Notes: a model not told the origin generated them from the letters alone. DNA of 64,000 bases from an uncultured Eubacteriales bacterium (GCA_902796025.1 CADBNW010000060.1:972-64971), one strand, 5' to 3'. Counted from the first letter of the stretch, positions 1-9,592 are shown. Numbers and translations: made by a program.

Positions 1-933
1 GGTGTTCGTAAGAATGATCAATATAAGGTTGATGATCGAGTTGAACAGGCCGATGGCCGCCGAGGTATCCCAGTAGATCGTGCTGCCGCCGGCGCCAAGG
101 GTAAGCTCGTACACGTAGGTGGAAATAACGCGGCTTGCGGAGATGTTTCTTTGCGTCTGCAGCAAAAAGATCTTTTCAAAGCCGACGCCCAGGATGCCGC
201 CCACGCGAAGGATCAGCATGATGACGATGGTGGGAAGGATCGTAGGTACGTTCACATGCCATATGATGTCCCAGCGCGTCGCACCGTCGATGCGCGCGGC
301 CTCGATCAGGTCAGGCGAAACGTTTGCAAGGTTTGCAAGGTAGATGATGGTACCCCAGCCAAGGCCCTGCCAAACGCCGCTCCACACGTAAAGGTGATCG
401 AACATGTCCGTCCGGTACAAAAACTCCACCGCCTGCCCGCCAAGGGCCACGATGGCCTTGTTCACGATGCCCGTTGAGGCGTTAAAGAACATGTGCACCA
501 TGGCGCACACCACGACCGTGGATATGAAGTGCGGCATGTAGGAGATCATCTGCACGGTCTTTTTCAGCTTTTTGCTGGTGAGCTCGTTGATCATCAGCGC
601 AAAGATGATGGAGCAAGGGAAGGTGGCAAAGGAGTACAGCGAGATCCGGATCGTGTTCCACAAAATGTCCAGAAAGCTTGGTCGGTTCAAAAACCATTTG
701 AAGTGCTCCAGGCCATACCAGGGACTGCCGATGATACCGAGGTTGGAATCGTAATCCTTAAAACCGATCAGCACGCCGTACAGTGGAATGTAGTGCCAGA
801 TAAACGTGGTGATGACGGGCGGCAGCACCATAAGATACAGCTGCCAGTAGCGCCCCATAAGCTTGGTTTTCAGCTTAAGCTTATCGGAAAAGCTTTCCCC
901 GCGGAAGGGCTTAGCCGATACAGAGTTCGTCAT
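1..933 (-). CDS. ABC transporter permease, LplB/YteP type (sugar/polysaccharide uptake); C-terminus cut by window edge
   Basis: Absent from the ORF track because it runs off the window. The minus-strand ATG at 933-931 follows a GGTGGGGG RBS. My translation is MTNSVSAKPFRGESFSDKLKLKTKLMGRYWQLYLMVLPPVITTFIWHYIPLYGVLIGFKDYD...ISYMPHFISTVVV...PDLIEAARIDGATRWDIIWHVNVPTILPT, which includes an EAA loop. It is colinear with the permease at 45956-46909. Confidence 0.85.
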   Translation of the reverse strand, partial: MTNSVSAKPFRGESFSDKLKLKTKLMGRYWQLYLMVLPPVITTFIWHYIPLYGVLIGFKDYDSNLGIIGSPWYGLEHFKWFLNRPSFLDILWNTIRISLYSFATFPCSIIFALMINELTSKKLKKTVQMISYMPHFISTVVVCAMVHMFFNASTGIVNKAIVALGGQAVEFLYRTDMFDHLYVWSGVWQGLGWGTIIYLANLANVSPDLIEAARIDGATRWDIIWHVNVPTILPTIVIMLILRVGGILGVGFEKIFLLQTQRNISASRVISTYVYELTLGAGGSTIYWDTSAAIGLFNSIINLILIILTNT

Positions 934-1252
934 GAAGCAATTACCCCCACCTTTCCGTTGCGGCGGCGTCACGTGAGTAAAGCGCTTGTAACGCAGCCAA
1001 TGTAAATATCTTTCCTAATTCAAGTAAATTCTATCACAATTGATTGCAAATGTCTACCCATTTTACCAAATTTCTTTAATTTTATGTTTGGATAAGGGCA
1101 AGCTTTGTTTCACATTGGTTTCAACGGCGTTTTTCTCCAGCCCGATGTAAAAACACAGCAGCCAGCATGGGCTTTCGCGCCTTGCACGTTTAGAATATTT
1201 ATAAGTAGAAGCGTGTCGCAGCGCGTCAGGAGCAGGCCCCTTTCCCCTCTTC

Positions 1253-1297
1253 AAAAAAAACAGATCCCCGCGATCGTCCGTGGGGATCTGTTTTTTT
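1253..1297 (-). terminator. Intrinsic terminator (bidirectional hairpin) after the riboflavin kinase gene
   Basis: CAGATCCCC (1261-1269) pairs with GGGGATCTG (1282-1290). An A8 run lies upstream and a T7 run downstream, so a U-tract is present on both strands. Confidence 0.75.
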
Positions 1298-1306
1298 GTT
1301 CTATAT

Positions 1307-1717
1307 TTATTTTGGCAGTGCGCTTCGCCTTTTTACTTCGCCCTGCAGCAGCTCGCGGGCACGCAGGGCGTCCTTTTCCACCTGGGCGTGCACCTGCGTT
1401 AGCGACGCCATGCGGCAGGTGGGCCTGAGGTAGATAAAAAGCTCAAGCGTCATCTCTTCGCCGTAGATGTCCTTGGAAAAATCCTCGATATACGTTTCCA
1501 CGCTCACGCGCGCGTCGGAGTCCACTGAGGGGCGAAGCCCTACGTTGGTAACGCCCACATAGCTTTGGCCGCGCAGGGTGACGATCGAAGCGTATACCCC
1601 GTGCTTGATCGCCATCGCCTCGGGCCCCGCCGGGAGATTTGCCGTGGGCATGCCGGCTCCCGCGCCCTTGCCCTGGCCGTGGATCACCCGTCCACGCAGG
1701 GTGCAAATCGGCTGCAT
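1307..1717 (-). CDS. Monofunctional riboflavin kinase (RibF C-terminal domain only)
   Basis: 136 aa. Motifs are GRVIHGQGKGAGAGMPTANL and ETYIEDFSKDIYGEEMTLELFIYLRP, typical of the flavokinase domain. There is no FAD-synthetase N-domain. The start lies 1 nt after the ribU stop. Confidence 0.85.
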   Translation of the reverse strand: MQPICTLRGRVIHGQGKGAGAGMPTANLPAGPEAMAIKHGVYASIVTLRGQSYVGVTNVGLRPSVDSDARVSVETYIEDFSKDIYGEEMTLELFIYLRPTCRMASLTQVHAQVEKDALRARELLQGEVKRRSALPK

Positions 1718-1718
1718 T

Positions 1719-2315
1719 TTACTTTACCCTTCCGTGGAGCAGCGGCGACAGGGGCTTGTAGATGAGCCCCGTCACGATGCTTAGCACGATGCCCTTAAAA
1801 AGATTGAAGGGCGCGGTGATCAAAAGAAGCAGCTTCCATTCGCTGTCTACGCCTTTGATGCCCACCCAGTCCACGAGGGCTGCCGTATCCATATGATACA
1901 TGCCAAGGTAGAACGGGATCATGATAAATTTGTTTGCCGCAACGGCCACAAGCGCCATGCACAGCGTGCCAAACAGCATGCCGCAAAGCGCGCCCTTTCT
2001 GGTTTTGTTCAAGGCGTAGGTGACAGCCGCTGGCACCACAAACGCCGCGCCCATCAAAAAATCCGCAAGCTCCCCTATGCCGCCGGAGCTGGAGTGCAAA
2101 AGTCCCACCGCGCTTTTCAAAAGCAAAATGATAAGCCCCGGCACGACGCCCATCGAAAACGCGCCGAGCAGCACCGGCAGATTGCTAAGATCCAGCTTGT
2201 AAAACGCGACGACCGGGATCTCGATCAGAAACAGGATGCTTGCGATCGCGGCCAGCACGGCCATGCGGGCGATGTTGCCTACGCTGAATGTTCTTTCCCT
2301 CCAGGTTTTGTTCAT
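1719..2315 (-). CDS. ribU: ECF transporter S-component for riboflavin
   Basis: Start trimmed to the ATG at 2315, preceded by the AGGAGGTG RBS. The product is about 198 aa and multi-pass hydrophobic (MNKTWRERTFSVGNIARMAVLAAIASILFLIEIP...). It sits directly behind an FMN riboswitch. Confidence 0.85.
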   Translation of the reverse strand: MNKTWRERTFSVGNIARMAVLAAIASILFLIEIPVVAFYKLDLSNLPVLLGAFSMGVVPGLIILLLKSAVGLLHSSSGGIGELADFLMGAAFVVPAAVTYALNKTRKGALCGMLFGTLCMALVAVAANKFIMIPFYLGMYHMDTAALVDWVGIKGVDSEWKLLLLITAPFNLFKGIVLSIVTGLIYKPLSPLLHGRVK

Positions 2316-2327
2316 GGTACACCTCCT

Positions 2328-2540
2328 AAAACAAAAAGCGCCGTCCATGCAGCAAAGCAGGGACGGCGCCAAAATACAATAGCGCCAGCCTTCTTCTTTC
2401 ATCCAGACTGCGGAGGAAACGCGCCTTTGCGCTTACCCCCTCACTGTCGGCATCGGAGTTTCACCGATTCTGCCAAGGGCTTTCCCTGGCTCGCGGGCTG
2501 TACCGCCGGTATGGAATTTCACCTGTCCCTGAAGAAGCTG
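2328..2540 (-). promoter_or_regulatory. FMN riboswitch (RFN element) with terminator-type expression platform
   Basis: The minus strand reads CTTCTTCAGGGACAGGTGAAATTCCATACCGGCGGTACAGCCCGCGAGCC...GGTGAAACTCCGATGCCGACAGT...AGTCTGGATGAAAGAAGAAG, which are the canonical RFN core blocks plus a P1 helix. A hairpin GCGCCGTCC/GGACGGCGC and TTTTTGTTTT follow, just before the ribU RBS. Confidence 0.9.
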
Positions 2541-2665
2541 ATGGCACAATTGTAATGCCGCAAATACGCCGCGTCAAGCAGGGCTATAAGATTTAACACC
2601 GCCCGTATATGCGCGCTCCACGCGCTGCACTTTCTCCCGTTCAAGCCCCTTTTCAAAAAAATCAG

Positions 2666-2694
2666 TTGCCGCCCAATGGGCGTTATGGTATAAT
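2666..2694 (+). promoter_or_regulatory. SigA-type promoter: TTGCCG, 17-nt spacer, TATAAT, with TGn extension
   Basis: -35 TTGCCG at 2666-2671 and -10 TATAAT at 2689-2694, with a 17-nt spacer. It lies about 30 nt upstream of the ATG at 2725. Confidence 0.6.
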
Positions 2695-2724
2695 CTACGC
2701 AGAAAGCTTTACAGGAGATGCAGC

Positions 2725-5097
2725 ATGAAAAACGCCGCGATCATACTTTGTGCCGGCAAGGGCACGCGGATGAACGATGATTCCCAAAACAAGGTCTGCT
2801 TCGATTGCGCGGGCGTTCCCGTGATCAAGCGCATCCTTCACAACATGCGCCTTGGCGGCATAGACCTGTTCGTCATCGTGGTTGGGCACCTGCCGGAATC
2901 GGTCATGCGCTGTCTGGACGGCGAGGAGGGCGTGATCTACGCCTATCAAAAGGAGCAAAAGGGCACCGGGCACGCGGCCCTGTGTGGGCTCAGGGCCCTA
3001 AAGGACATCGGCTACAGCGGCAGCGCGGTCATCTCCATGGGCGACAAGATCATCGCCCCGCAGGTCATAAGCGAATTGCTCTCCAAAAAAGAGGGCGCGG
3101 TGTGGGGCGTGCAGCCCGTAAACAACAACTACCACGGCGGGCGCGTGGTGATGTGCGAGGGCAGGCCCTGCGGCGTGGTGGAGCTGCCGGACGCGGTGCT
3201 CATGTCCCTTGCGGATAAAGCAGAATGCGAATACGACTCTGAAATTGCGCGCTACCGCCTGAACGAAAAAAAGGCGGCCAGGATCCGCGCCGCCGCTTCC
3301 AAGCAAAAGCCCTGCGGCACGCGGCTTTTGGCGGGCAAGCTCTTTACAGCCCAGCAGATCCTTGAAAGTCCCTACGCAAACGGCGGCCTGTACTGCTTTG
3401 ATGTAAACAAGGTGATCACCGCCCTTTCCACCTGCAACGCGCAAAACGCGCAGGGGGAGATCTATCTGACGGACGCCTTGGAATGGTTTGCCTTAAACGA
3501 CAGCGTCACGATCTACGAGATCAAAAACGCCGAAGACATGCTGACCTACAGTTCCAAATCCGAGCTGCGCGAAATGAGCATGCACTTTATGAAGACGGCC
3601 TCCGCCCTGCTTTGCGACATCGAAAGCGGCGCCTGCGACGAGGTCTTTGATGAGCTTTATGGAAGCATCGATGAAAAGGCCCGCTATACCCAGTTGCTCA
3701 AGGCGTTCCTCTCCCGCTACGGCGACAAAAAGCTTATGATCACCCGGGCCCCCGGGCGCGTGAACCTCATGGGCCGGCACATCGACCACCGCGGCGGCAG
3801 CATAAACGTGATGGCCATAAACCGCGACACCCTCTTTGCCGTAGCGCCCCGCGCAGACGATCAGGTGAACCTTTCTAACGTCGACCCTGCCTATCCTGAC
3901 CGCTCCTTTTCGATCAGCGCCTTGATGCCCCGGGGAAGCTACGCCTCCTGGCTGGATTACCTAAACGCGCCAGAGACCCAAAGCGCCCTTGCAAGCAGCC
4001 GGGGCGACTGGGCCAACTATGTCAAATCGGCCGTGGCCCGCGTGCAGCTGGATACCGACCTGCCCCTTTGCGGCATGGACATGATGGCAAGCGGCAACAT
4101 CCCCGTGGCCGCCGGGCTTTCCTCCTCCTCCAGCATCGTGGTCGCGGTGATGGAGGCCGTAACTTCGCTCAACTGCCTCAATTACACCGACAGCGCCTTT
4201 GTGAGCCTGTGCGGCGAGGGTGAATGGTTCGTGGGCTCCCGCGGCGGCGCGGGCGACCACGCGGCCATGAAGTGCGCCAAAAAGGGCAGCGTGATCCACT
4301 TGGGCTTTAAGCCCTTTACGATCGGTCAAACCGTTCCCTTCTCGGATAAGTACGCGGTGATCGTCGCAAACAGCATGCTCAAGGCCAAAAAGTCCGAGGG
4401 CAGCAAGGATATCTTTAACGCCCGCGTGGCCGCCTATGAGGTGTCGTTCATGATCCTAAAGCGCCTGTTCCCGACGCTGAACCTCGTGGAATTTCGCGAC
4501 CTTGCGGCGATCCGCCCCTATTCCAAAATTTATACAATTCTAAAAAGCCTGCCCGAGACCATGACCCGAAGCGGCATCAAGGCGCTTTTGCCGGAGTACG
4601 CAAACGAGCTTGAGCGCCTCTTTGCCACCCACAGCGATCCCGTTGTGTACGAGCTTCGCGCCGTCACCCTCTACGGCATATCGGAGTGCGTGCGCGCCGA
4701 GGCCTTCATGGAGCTTTTGAAAAAGGGCGATTACGCCGCTCTTGGGCAGATGATGAAGATCAGCCACGACGGCGACCGCATAAAGCGCTGCGCGGTAAGC
4801 GACGCCTTTTTGGATCAGCTGATCCGGGAAAACGCGGACGTCGCCCTGCAGTACGGCGGATACGGCTGCTCCACCAAGCAGATCGACGCGCTATGCGATC
4901 TGCTGAACGCCGCCCCCGGGGTGCTAGGCAGCGAGCTTGTGGGCGCGGGCCTTGGCGGCTGCGTGGTTGCGCTTGTGCAAAAGGACCGGGCGCAGGAGGT
5001 CATACGCCTTTTGAATACCGAATACTACGACAGGCACGGCTACGAGCACAGCGCTTCGGTCTTTACCTCCTCCCCCGGCTCCCGCGCGATCTATTAA
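2725..5097 (+). CDS. Fused sugar-1-phosphate nucleotidylyltransferase (N-terminal) / GHMP-family sugar kinase (C-terminal)
   Basis: 790 aa. The N-terminus has LCAGKGTRM and QKEQKGTGHA (NTP-transferase signatures). The C-terminus has APGRVNLMGRHIDHRGG (galactokinase-like), PVAAGLSSSSSIVVA (GHMP motif 2) and GAGLGGCVVALV (motif 3). Confidence 0.8.
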   Translation: MKNAAIILCAGKGTRMNDDSQNKVCFDCAGVPVIKRILHNMRLGGIDLFVIVVGHLPESVMRCLDGEEGVIYAYQKEQKGTGHAALCGLRALKDIGYSGSAVISMGDKIIAPQVISELLSKKEGAVWGVQPVNNNYHGGRVVMCEGRPCGVVELPDAVLMSLADKAECEYDSEIARYRLNEKKAARIRAAASKQKPCGTRLLAGKLFTAQQILESPYANGGLYCFDVNKVITALSTCNAQNAQGEIYLTDALEWFALNDSVTIYEIKNAEDMLTYSSKSELREMSMHFMKTASALLCDIESGACDEVFDELYGSIDEKARYTQLLKAFLSRYGDKKLMITRAPGRVNLMGRHIDHRGGSINVMAINRDTLFAVAPRADDQVNLSNVDPAYPDRSFSISALMPRGSYASWLDYLNAPETQSALASSRGDWANYVKSAVARVQLDTDLPLCGMDMMASGNIPVAAGLSSSSSIVVAVMEAVTSLNCLNYTDSAFVSLCGEGEWFVGSRGGAGDHAAMKCAKKGSVIHLGFKPFTIGQTVPFSDKYAVIVANSMLKAKKSEGSKDIFNARVAAYEVSFMILKRLFPTLNLVEFRDLAAIRPYSKIYTILKSLPETMTRSGIKALLPEYANELERLFATHSDPVVYELRAVTLYGISECVRAEAFMELLKKGDYAALGQMMKISHDGDRIKRCAVSDAFLDQLIRENADVALQYGGYGCSTKQIDALCDLLNAAPGVLGSELVGAGLGGCVVALVQKDRAQEVIRLLNTEYYDRHGYEHSASVFTSSPGSRAIY

Positions 5098-5147
5098 TAA
5101 GCATTTTACGCAAAACAGAGCAGATTTCATCTTTTACATTTGCTGTG

Positions 5148-5176
5148 TTGCCATACGGCGCTTTTCGCGCTATAAT
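5148..5176 (+). promoter_or_regulatory. SigA-type promoter: TTGCCA, 17-nt spacer, TATAAT
   Basis: TTGCCA at 5148-5153 and TATAAT at 5171-5176. It lies about 30 nt upstream of upp. Confidence 0.6.
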
Positions 5177-5208
5177 AAAGGCGCAACGAAATACGCGAGG
5201 AGGACACC

Positions 5209-5838
5209 ATGGGAAACGTTCATGTTATAGACCATCCGCTCATACAGCACAAGCTCACGCTGATGCGCCGCGCCGACACCGGTGCGAAGGATTTCCGCGA
5301 GCTGCTTGAGGAGATCGCCACCCTCATGTGCTACGAAGTAACCCGCGACCTCCCAATGGAAGAAATAGAGATAGAAACCCCCATCTGCAAGTGCAAAAGC
5401 CGCGTGATCACCGGCAAGAAGCTGGGCATCGTGCCCATCCTGCGCGCGGGCCTTGGCATGGTGGACGGCTTTGTGAACCTGATCCCCACCTGCAAGGTGG
5501 GCCACATCGGCCTGTACCGCGACCCCGAGACCCACGAGCCCGTGGAGTATTACTGCAAGCTGCCCCCGGACGTTGAGGAGAGAGAGATCATCGTGGTGGA
5601 TCCCATGCTGGCTACCGGCGGTTCCTCCACCGACGCCATCACCATGCTCAAGCAGCACGGCTGCAAAAACATCAAGCTCGTGTGCCTGGTCGGCGTAAAC
5701 GAAGGCATCCAGCGCGTGCAGCAGGCGCATCCGGACGTGGACATCTACATCGCAGCCATCGACGAATACCTAAACGAGCACAAGTACATCGTGCCCGGCC
5801 TTGGCGACGCGGGCGACCGCATCTTCGGCACCAAATAA
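5209..5838 (+). CDS. upp: Uracil phosphoribosyltransferase
   Basis: 209 aa. [20 protein letters not shown]...[10 protein letters not shown]...[14 protein letters not shown] is a full-length match to the Upp pattern. Confidence 0.95.
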   Translation: MGNVHVIDHPLIQHKLTLMRRADTGAKDFRELLEEIATLMCYEVTRDLPMEEIEIETPICKCKSRVITGKKLGIVPILRAGLGMVDGFVNLIPTCKVGHIGLYRDPETHEPVEYYCKLPPDVEEREIIVVDPMLATGGSSTDAITMLKQHGCKNIKLVCLVGVNEGIQRVQQAHPDVDIYIAAIDEYLNEHKYIVPGLGDAGDRIFGTK

Positions 5839-5889
5839 AAACAGCCCCGGCAGCGACCCTGCCGGGTTTTAAAAAGGAGCGATAGCAAA

Positions 5890-7548
5890 ATGAGCCTGTA
5901 TCAACAGTGGCTTTCCTCTCCCGTTCTGACCCAGCAGCAGCGCGCGGAGCTCGAGGCCATCAAGGACGATCCCAAAGAAATCGAAGACCGCTTTTACAAG
6001 GACCTTGAATTTGGCACCGGCGGACTTCGCGGCATCCTCGGCATGGGCACCAACCGCATGAACGTCTACACCGTGCGCCGCGCGGCAAAGGGCCTTGCAG
6101 AGTACCTGCTGAAGCACCCCGTTCCCGGCAAAAAGGGCGTCGCCATCGCCCACGACTCCCGCCATTTCAGCCGCGAGTTTGCAGAGGATTCCGCGCGGGT
6201 CATCGCAAACATGGGCATCCCCGTATATCTGTTTGACGCGCTTCGCCCCACCCCGGAGCTCAGCTTTACCATCAAACACTTGAACTGCGCCGCCGGCATC
6301 GTGGTGACCGCCAGCCACAACCCCGCCGAGTACAACGGCTTTAAGGCCTACGGCGCGGACGGCGGCCAGATCACCCCCGACACCGCGGACGCGGTGCTTG
6401 GCGTAATGAAGCAATTGGATCCCCTTACTATCGAGCTTCTGCCCGATCTTAACGATCCCCTGATCACCATCATCGGAAAAGAAGTGGACGACGCCTACAT
6501 CGATCACGTCCTGTCCCTTCGCCCCGATAAGGAGCTTTTGAAGCGCACGGGCGTAAAGCTCAAAATCGTCTATACCCCCCTGCACGGCGCCGGCAACAAG
6601 CTGGTGCGCGAGGCGCTTCGCCGCGCGGGCTACGAGGACGTGACCGTAGTCAAAGAGCAGGAAGCGCCCGACGGCAGCTTCCCCACCGTAAAAAGCCCCA
6701 ACCCTGAAAATCCCGAGGCCTTCACCCTGGCCATCGGCTACGCGGATAAGGTGGGCGCGGACGTGATCATCGGCACCGATCCCGACAGCGACCGCATGGG
6801 CATGATGCTGAAAAAGGACGGCGTCTGGACGCCCGTCACCGGCAACCAGGCGGGCTGCCTGATGCTGGAGTACATCCTGCGCGCCGCAAAGCCCGCGCCG
6901 GACGCCTACGCCGTGACTACCATCGTTTCCACCCGCATGGTCGACTTCATCGCCGCCCACTACGGCGTACAGGCGGAGCGCGTGCTGACCGGCTTCAAGT
7001 TCATCGGCGAAACCATCGACAAAAAGGAAAAGCAGGGCAATCCCCACTTCCTTCTGGGCTTTGAGGAAAGCTACGGCTACCTTACCGGCGGCTACATCCG
7101 CGACAAGGACGCCGTGATCGCAACGCTGTTGGCCTGCGAACTTACCGCGTTTTACAAGTCCCAGGGCGTAAGCCTGATGGACGCGCTGGAGGATATGTAC
7201 AAGCGCTACGGCTACTTTGCGGAGAAGACCGTCTCCGTCGTGATGCCTGGCGTAGACGGCATGGAAAAGCGCGAAAGGGCCACCCAGGCACTGAGGGATA
7301 ATCCTCCTTCAGAGATCGGCGGCCGCAAGGTGCTGAAGGCCCTCGACTTCAAGCCCGGCGGAGTGATGGGTCTGCCCAAGGCCGACGTGCTGCTTTACAA
7401 TCTGGAGGGCGACGCGTGGGTATGCGTGCGTCCAAGCGGCACCGAGCCCAAGCTCAAAATCTACACCGGCGTTCGCGAAAGCAGCAGCGAGCAGGCCAAA
7501 AAGGCCGTGGAGCAACTCTCCGCCGCTGCCGCAGCCTTTGGCGCGTAA
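5890..7548 (+). CDS. Phosphoglucomutase/phosphomannomutase (alpha-D-phosphohexomutase family)
   Basis: 552 aa. LEFGTGGLRGILG is present, with the active-site loop TASHNPAEYNGFK and the metal loop GTDPDSDR. Confidence 0.9.
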   Translation: MSLYQQWLSSPVLTQQQRAELEAIKDDPKEIEDRFYKDLEFGTGGLRGILGMGTNRMNVYTVRRAAKGLAEYLLKHPVPGKKGVAIAHDSRHFSREFAEDSARVIANMGIPVYLFDALRPTPELSFTIKHLNCAAGIVVTASHNPAEYNGFKAYGADGGQITPDTADAVLGVMKQLDPLTIELLPDLNDPLITIIGKEVDDAYIDHVLSLRPDKELLKRTGVKLKIVYTPLHGAGNKLVREALRRAGYEDVTVVKEQEAPDGSFPTVKSPNPENPEAFTLAIGYADKVGADVIIGTDPDSDRMGMMLKKDGVWTPVTGNQAGCLMLEYILRAAKPAPDAYAVTTIVSTRMVDFIAAHYGVQAERVLTGFKFIGETIDKKEKQGNPHFLLGFEESYGYLTGGYIRDKDAVIATLLACELTAFYKSQGVSLMDALEDMYKRYGYFAEKTVSVVMPGVDGMEKRERATQALRDNPPSEIGGRKVLKALDFKPGGVMGLPKADVLLYNLEGDAWVCVRPSGTEPKLKIYTGVRESSSEQAKKAVEQLSAAAAAFGA

Positions 7549-7584
7549 GCGAACTTTTTACTGCACATTTACGTCTTAAGTGAA

Positions 7585-7640
7585 GCGCGTCCCCTTTGGG
7601 GCCAAACCCTTTTATGGGGACGCGATTCATTTTTGATTTT
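7585..7640 (+). terminator. Intrinsic terminator after the phosphohexomutase gene
   Basis: GCGCGTCCCC (7585-7594) pairs with GGGGACGCG (7616-7624). A T-rich tail ATTCATTTTTGATTTT follows. Confidence 0.6.
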
Positions 7641-7669
7641 TATCCTGGCGCAGCTTTGGAGGTATTTTG

Positions 7670-9592
7670 ATGGGAAGCAAATCCGCAAAAAAGCGCAAAA
7701 AGGCGCGCAGGCAGCGCACAAGGCGCTTTGTCCTGTGGCTTAGCTGTATTCTGATCACCGCGGTCGCGCTTGGCGTGTGCACGCTGCTGCTCCGCAACCG
7801 GTCGGATATCATGGCGCAGCCCTCCGACATCGTGGACGAGGGAATGGTGCGCGTGTTTTTGCGCTCCATCAGCGGAAAGCCCGCCCTGGGTCTTACCCTG
7901 GACGGCGTATACACCGTAGACGGGGACGCCGGCTTTCGCTTTGCAAGGGGCACCGAGGTTAGCGTTGCCTCCGAGGGCGGAGAGCTGTACTTGAGCGCGG
8001 GCGGCCTGACCATCGATATGGGCTCCTCCTTTAGTCTTAAGCGCCACGCGCCGGAGGACGGCCAAGAGCCCGGCGGCCTCTACATCCACGAAAGCGAAAA
8101 GGACAACCTCTTTCTTGGCGATCTGCAGCTTGCCTCCACGGGCAGCGGCGTGGACTGCATCCTTACGATACAGGTAGAAGACTATCTCTACGGCGTCGTC
8201 GCGTATGAAATGAGCAATTCCTTCCCCCTTGAGGCATTAAAGGCGCAGGCCATCGCCGCGCGCACCTACGCGATGCGGGCCGCAAACGCAAATAGATCCA
8301 AGAGCTACGACCTTGTGGACACCACGGCCGATCAGGTCTTCAAGGGCTATGACGCAAGCCTTCAAAACGTCATAAAGGCCGTCGATTCCACCCGCGGCAT
8401 CGTGGGCATGGCGGGCGGCAGCTTTGCGCAGTGCTATTACACCGCTTCAAACGGCGGCCAGATCGCCTCCACCAAGCAGATCTGGGGCGGCACGGTGAGC
8501 TATATCGAGATGAAGGAAGACCCCTACGACCTCGAAAACAGCTTGAGCACCGTAAAGCGCGGTCTCATCCCGATCTCGCCCGAATCGAACACCGCCCTCA
8601 ACTGGGAGCTTTTGAGCCGTCTGGATCCCCTGATCCCGGACGCCCAGCAGCTGAGGATCGACGAGATCACCTCCGTCACCCTGATCGAGCCGGACGTCCC
8701 CGGCAGCCTTATGTATAAGGCGGCGCAGATCGAAATGCGCGTATCCAAGCGCGTGCTGGAAAAGGCGGAGGCTGGCGAAGAAGCCAAAGCCGCCGAGGCC
8801 AGCGAAAGCGAGCCGTCTGACCCGCAGGACGAAGCGGAAACCCCATCGCCCAGCGAGCAGCCCGTCACGCCGCAGCCTACGGTCCTTGAAACCGCGGCCC
8901 CTTCACCTGAAGGCAGCGCCTCGCCCACCCCGGCCGCAAGCGCCCTTATGGACGAAGCCACCCAAAGCCCCGAGCCTGCCCCCTCGCCCACGCCCGAAAA
9001 CCTCTGGGTCTTAAGCGACTGGCAGCAGCTTACAGACGTCATCACCCTTCGCGTGGAGACCTACGGCTGCTTAAAAGCGCTGCTTGGCATCGGCATCAAC
9101 TCGCAGCCCTTCGAGGTGTTCAGCGTCGAAAAGGCGGACGACGGCTTCTATCTCGTGGCGCGCAGGTTCGGCCACGGCGTGGGCATGAGCCAGCGCGGCG
9201 CACAGATCATGGCCAGCAAGCATCACAAAAACTGCGAAGAGATCCTCTCCTTCTACTATCCCGGCGCAAGCTGGTACGAGATCAGCTGGACGGAGCACAA
9301 GCTGGAGCCCCTGAGCGCCCTGCCCTCGGGCCTTGGCTACGCAAGAGCAAAGCCCACGCCCCGCCCCACCCAGCAGCCCCTTCGGGCGCTAAAGGAGGGC
9401 GAATACTACGCCGGCGTCACCGCCACCACCCTGAACGTTCGCTCCGGCCCCAATACCTCAAGCGCGATCAAGGCGCTTTTGTACAGCGGTGAGCGCGTGA
9501 TCGTGACCGGCAGCTATCCCGACAACTGGGTCAGCATCGCCACCCAGGAGTTTGAAGGCTACGTGAAGGCCGATTATTTGAAAAAGGAATAA
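7670..9592 (+). CDS. SpoIID/LytB-domain protein with internal Pro/Glu/Ser-rich insert and C-terminal SH3b domain
   Basis: The ATG at 7670 follows GGAGG. An N-terminal TM anchor is present. SpoIID motifs are ALKAQAIAARTYA, YTASNGGQ and GHGVGMSQRGAQ. The C-terminal stretch YYAGVTATTLNVRSGPNTSS...GYVKADYL is SH3_3-like. Confidence 0.85.
   Translation: MGSKSAKKRKKARRQRTRRFVLWLSCILITAVALGVCTLLLRNRSDIMAQPSDIVDEGMVRVFLRSISGKPALGLTLDGVYTVDGDAGFRFARGTEVSVASEGGELYLSAGGLTIDMGSSFSLKRHAPEDGQEPGGLYIHESEKDNLFLGDLQLASTGSGVDCILTIQVEDYLYGVVAYEMSNSFPLEALKAQAIAARTYAMRAANANRSKSYDLVDTTADQVFKGYDASLQNVIKAVDSTRGIVGMAGGSFAQCYYTASNGGQIASTKQIWGGTVSYIEMKEDPYDLENSLSTVKRGLIPISPESNTALNWELLSRLDPLIPDAQQLRIDEITSVTLIEPDVPGSLMYKAAQIEMRVSKRVLEKAEAGEEAKAAEASESEPSDPQDEAETPSPSEQPVTPQPTVLETAAPSPEGSASPTPAASALMDEATQSPEPAPSPTPENLWVLSDWQQLTDVITLRVETYGCLKALLGIGINSQPFEVFSVEKADDGFYLVARRFGHGVGMSQRGAQIMASKHHKNCEEILSFYYPGASWYEISWTEHKLEPLSALPSGLGYARAKPTPRPTQQPLRALKEGEYYAGVTATTLNVRSGPNTSSAIKALLYSGERVIVTGSYPDNWVSIATQEFEGYVKADYLKKE

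Noticed and set aside
119-1005. Plus-strand ORFs in the first kilobase (119-343, 151-477, 493-1005, 572-754).
   Set aside because: The minus strand encodes an uninterrupted LplB-type permease with an EAA loop starting at 933. The plus-strand products are low-complexity.
1100-1130. Direct repeat TGAAAC-n6-TGAAAC (minus strand) upstream of the first ABC operon as a regulator binding site.
   Set aside because: It is a single short repeat with no second example in front of the paralogous operon at 44.6 kb. The evidence is insufficient.
5869-7047. Long antisense ORFs opposite well-supported genes. Examples are 5869-7047, 13690-14838, 19095-20333, 21474-22727, 25909-26910, 36004-37947, 47773-49434, 51673-52680, 54060-54908, 60460-61374 and 62992-63855.
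   Set aside because: These are the typical stop-codon-poor antisense frames of high-GC DNA. Their products are Gly/Ala/Arg/His/Val-rich with no motifs and no RBS. The opposite strand carries full-length matches to known families in every case.
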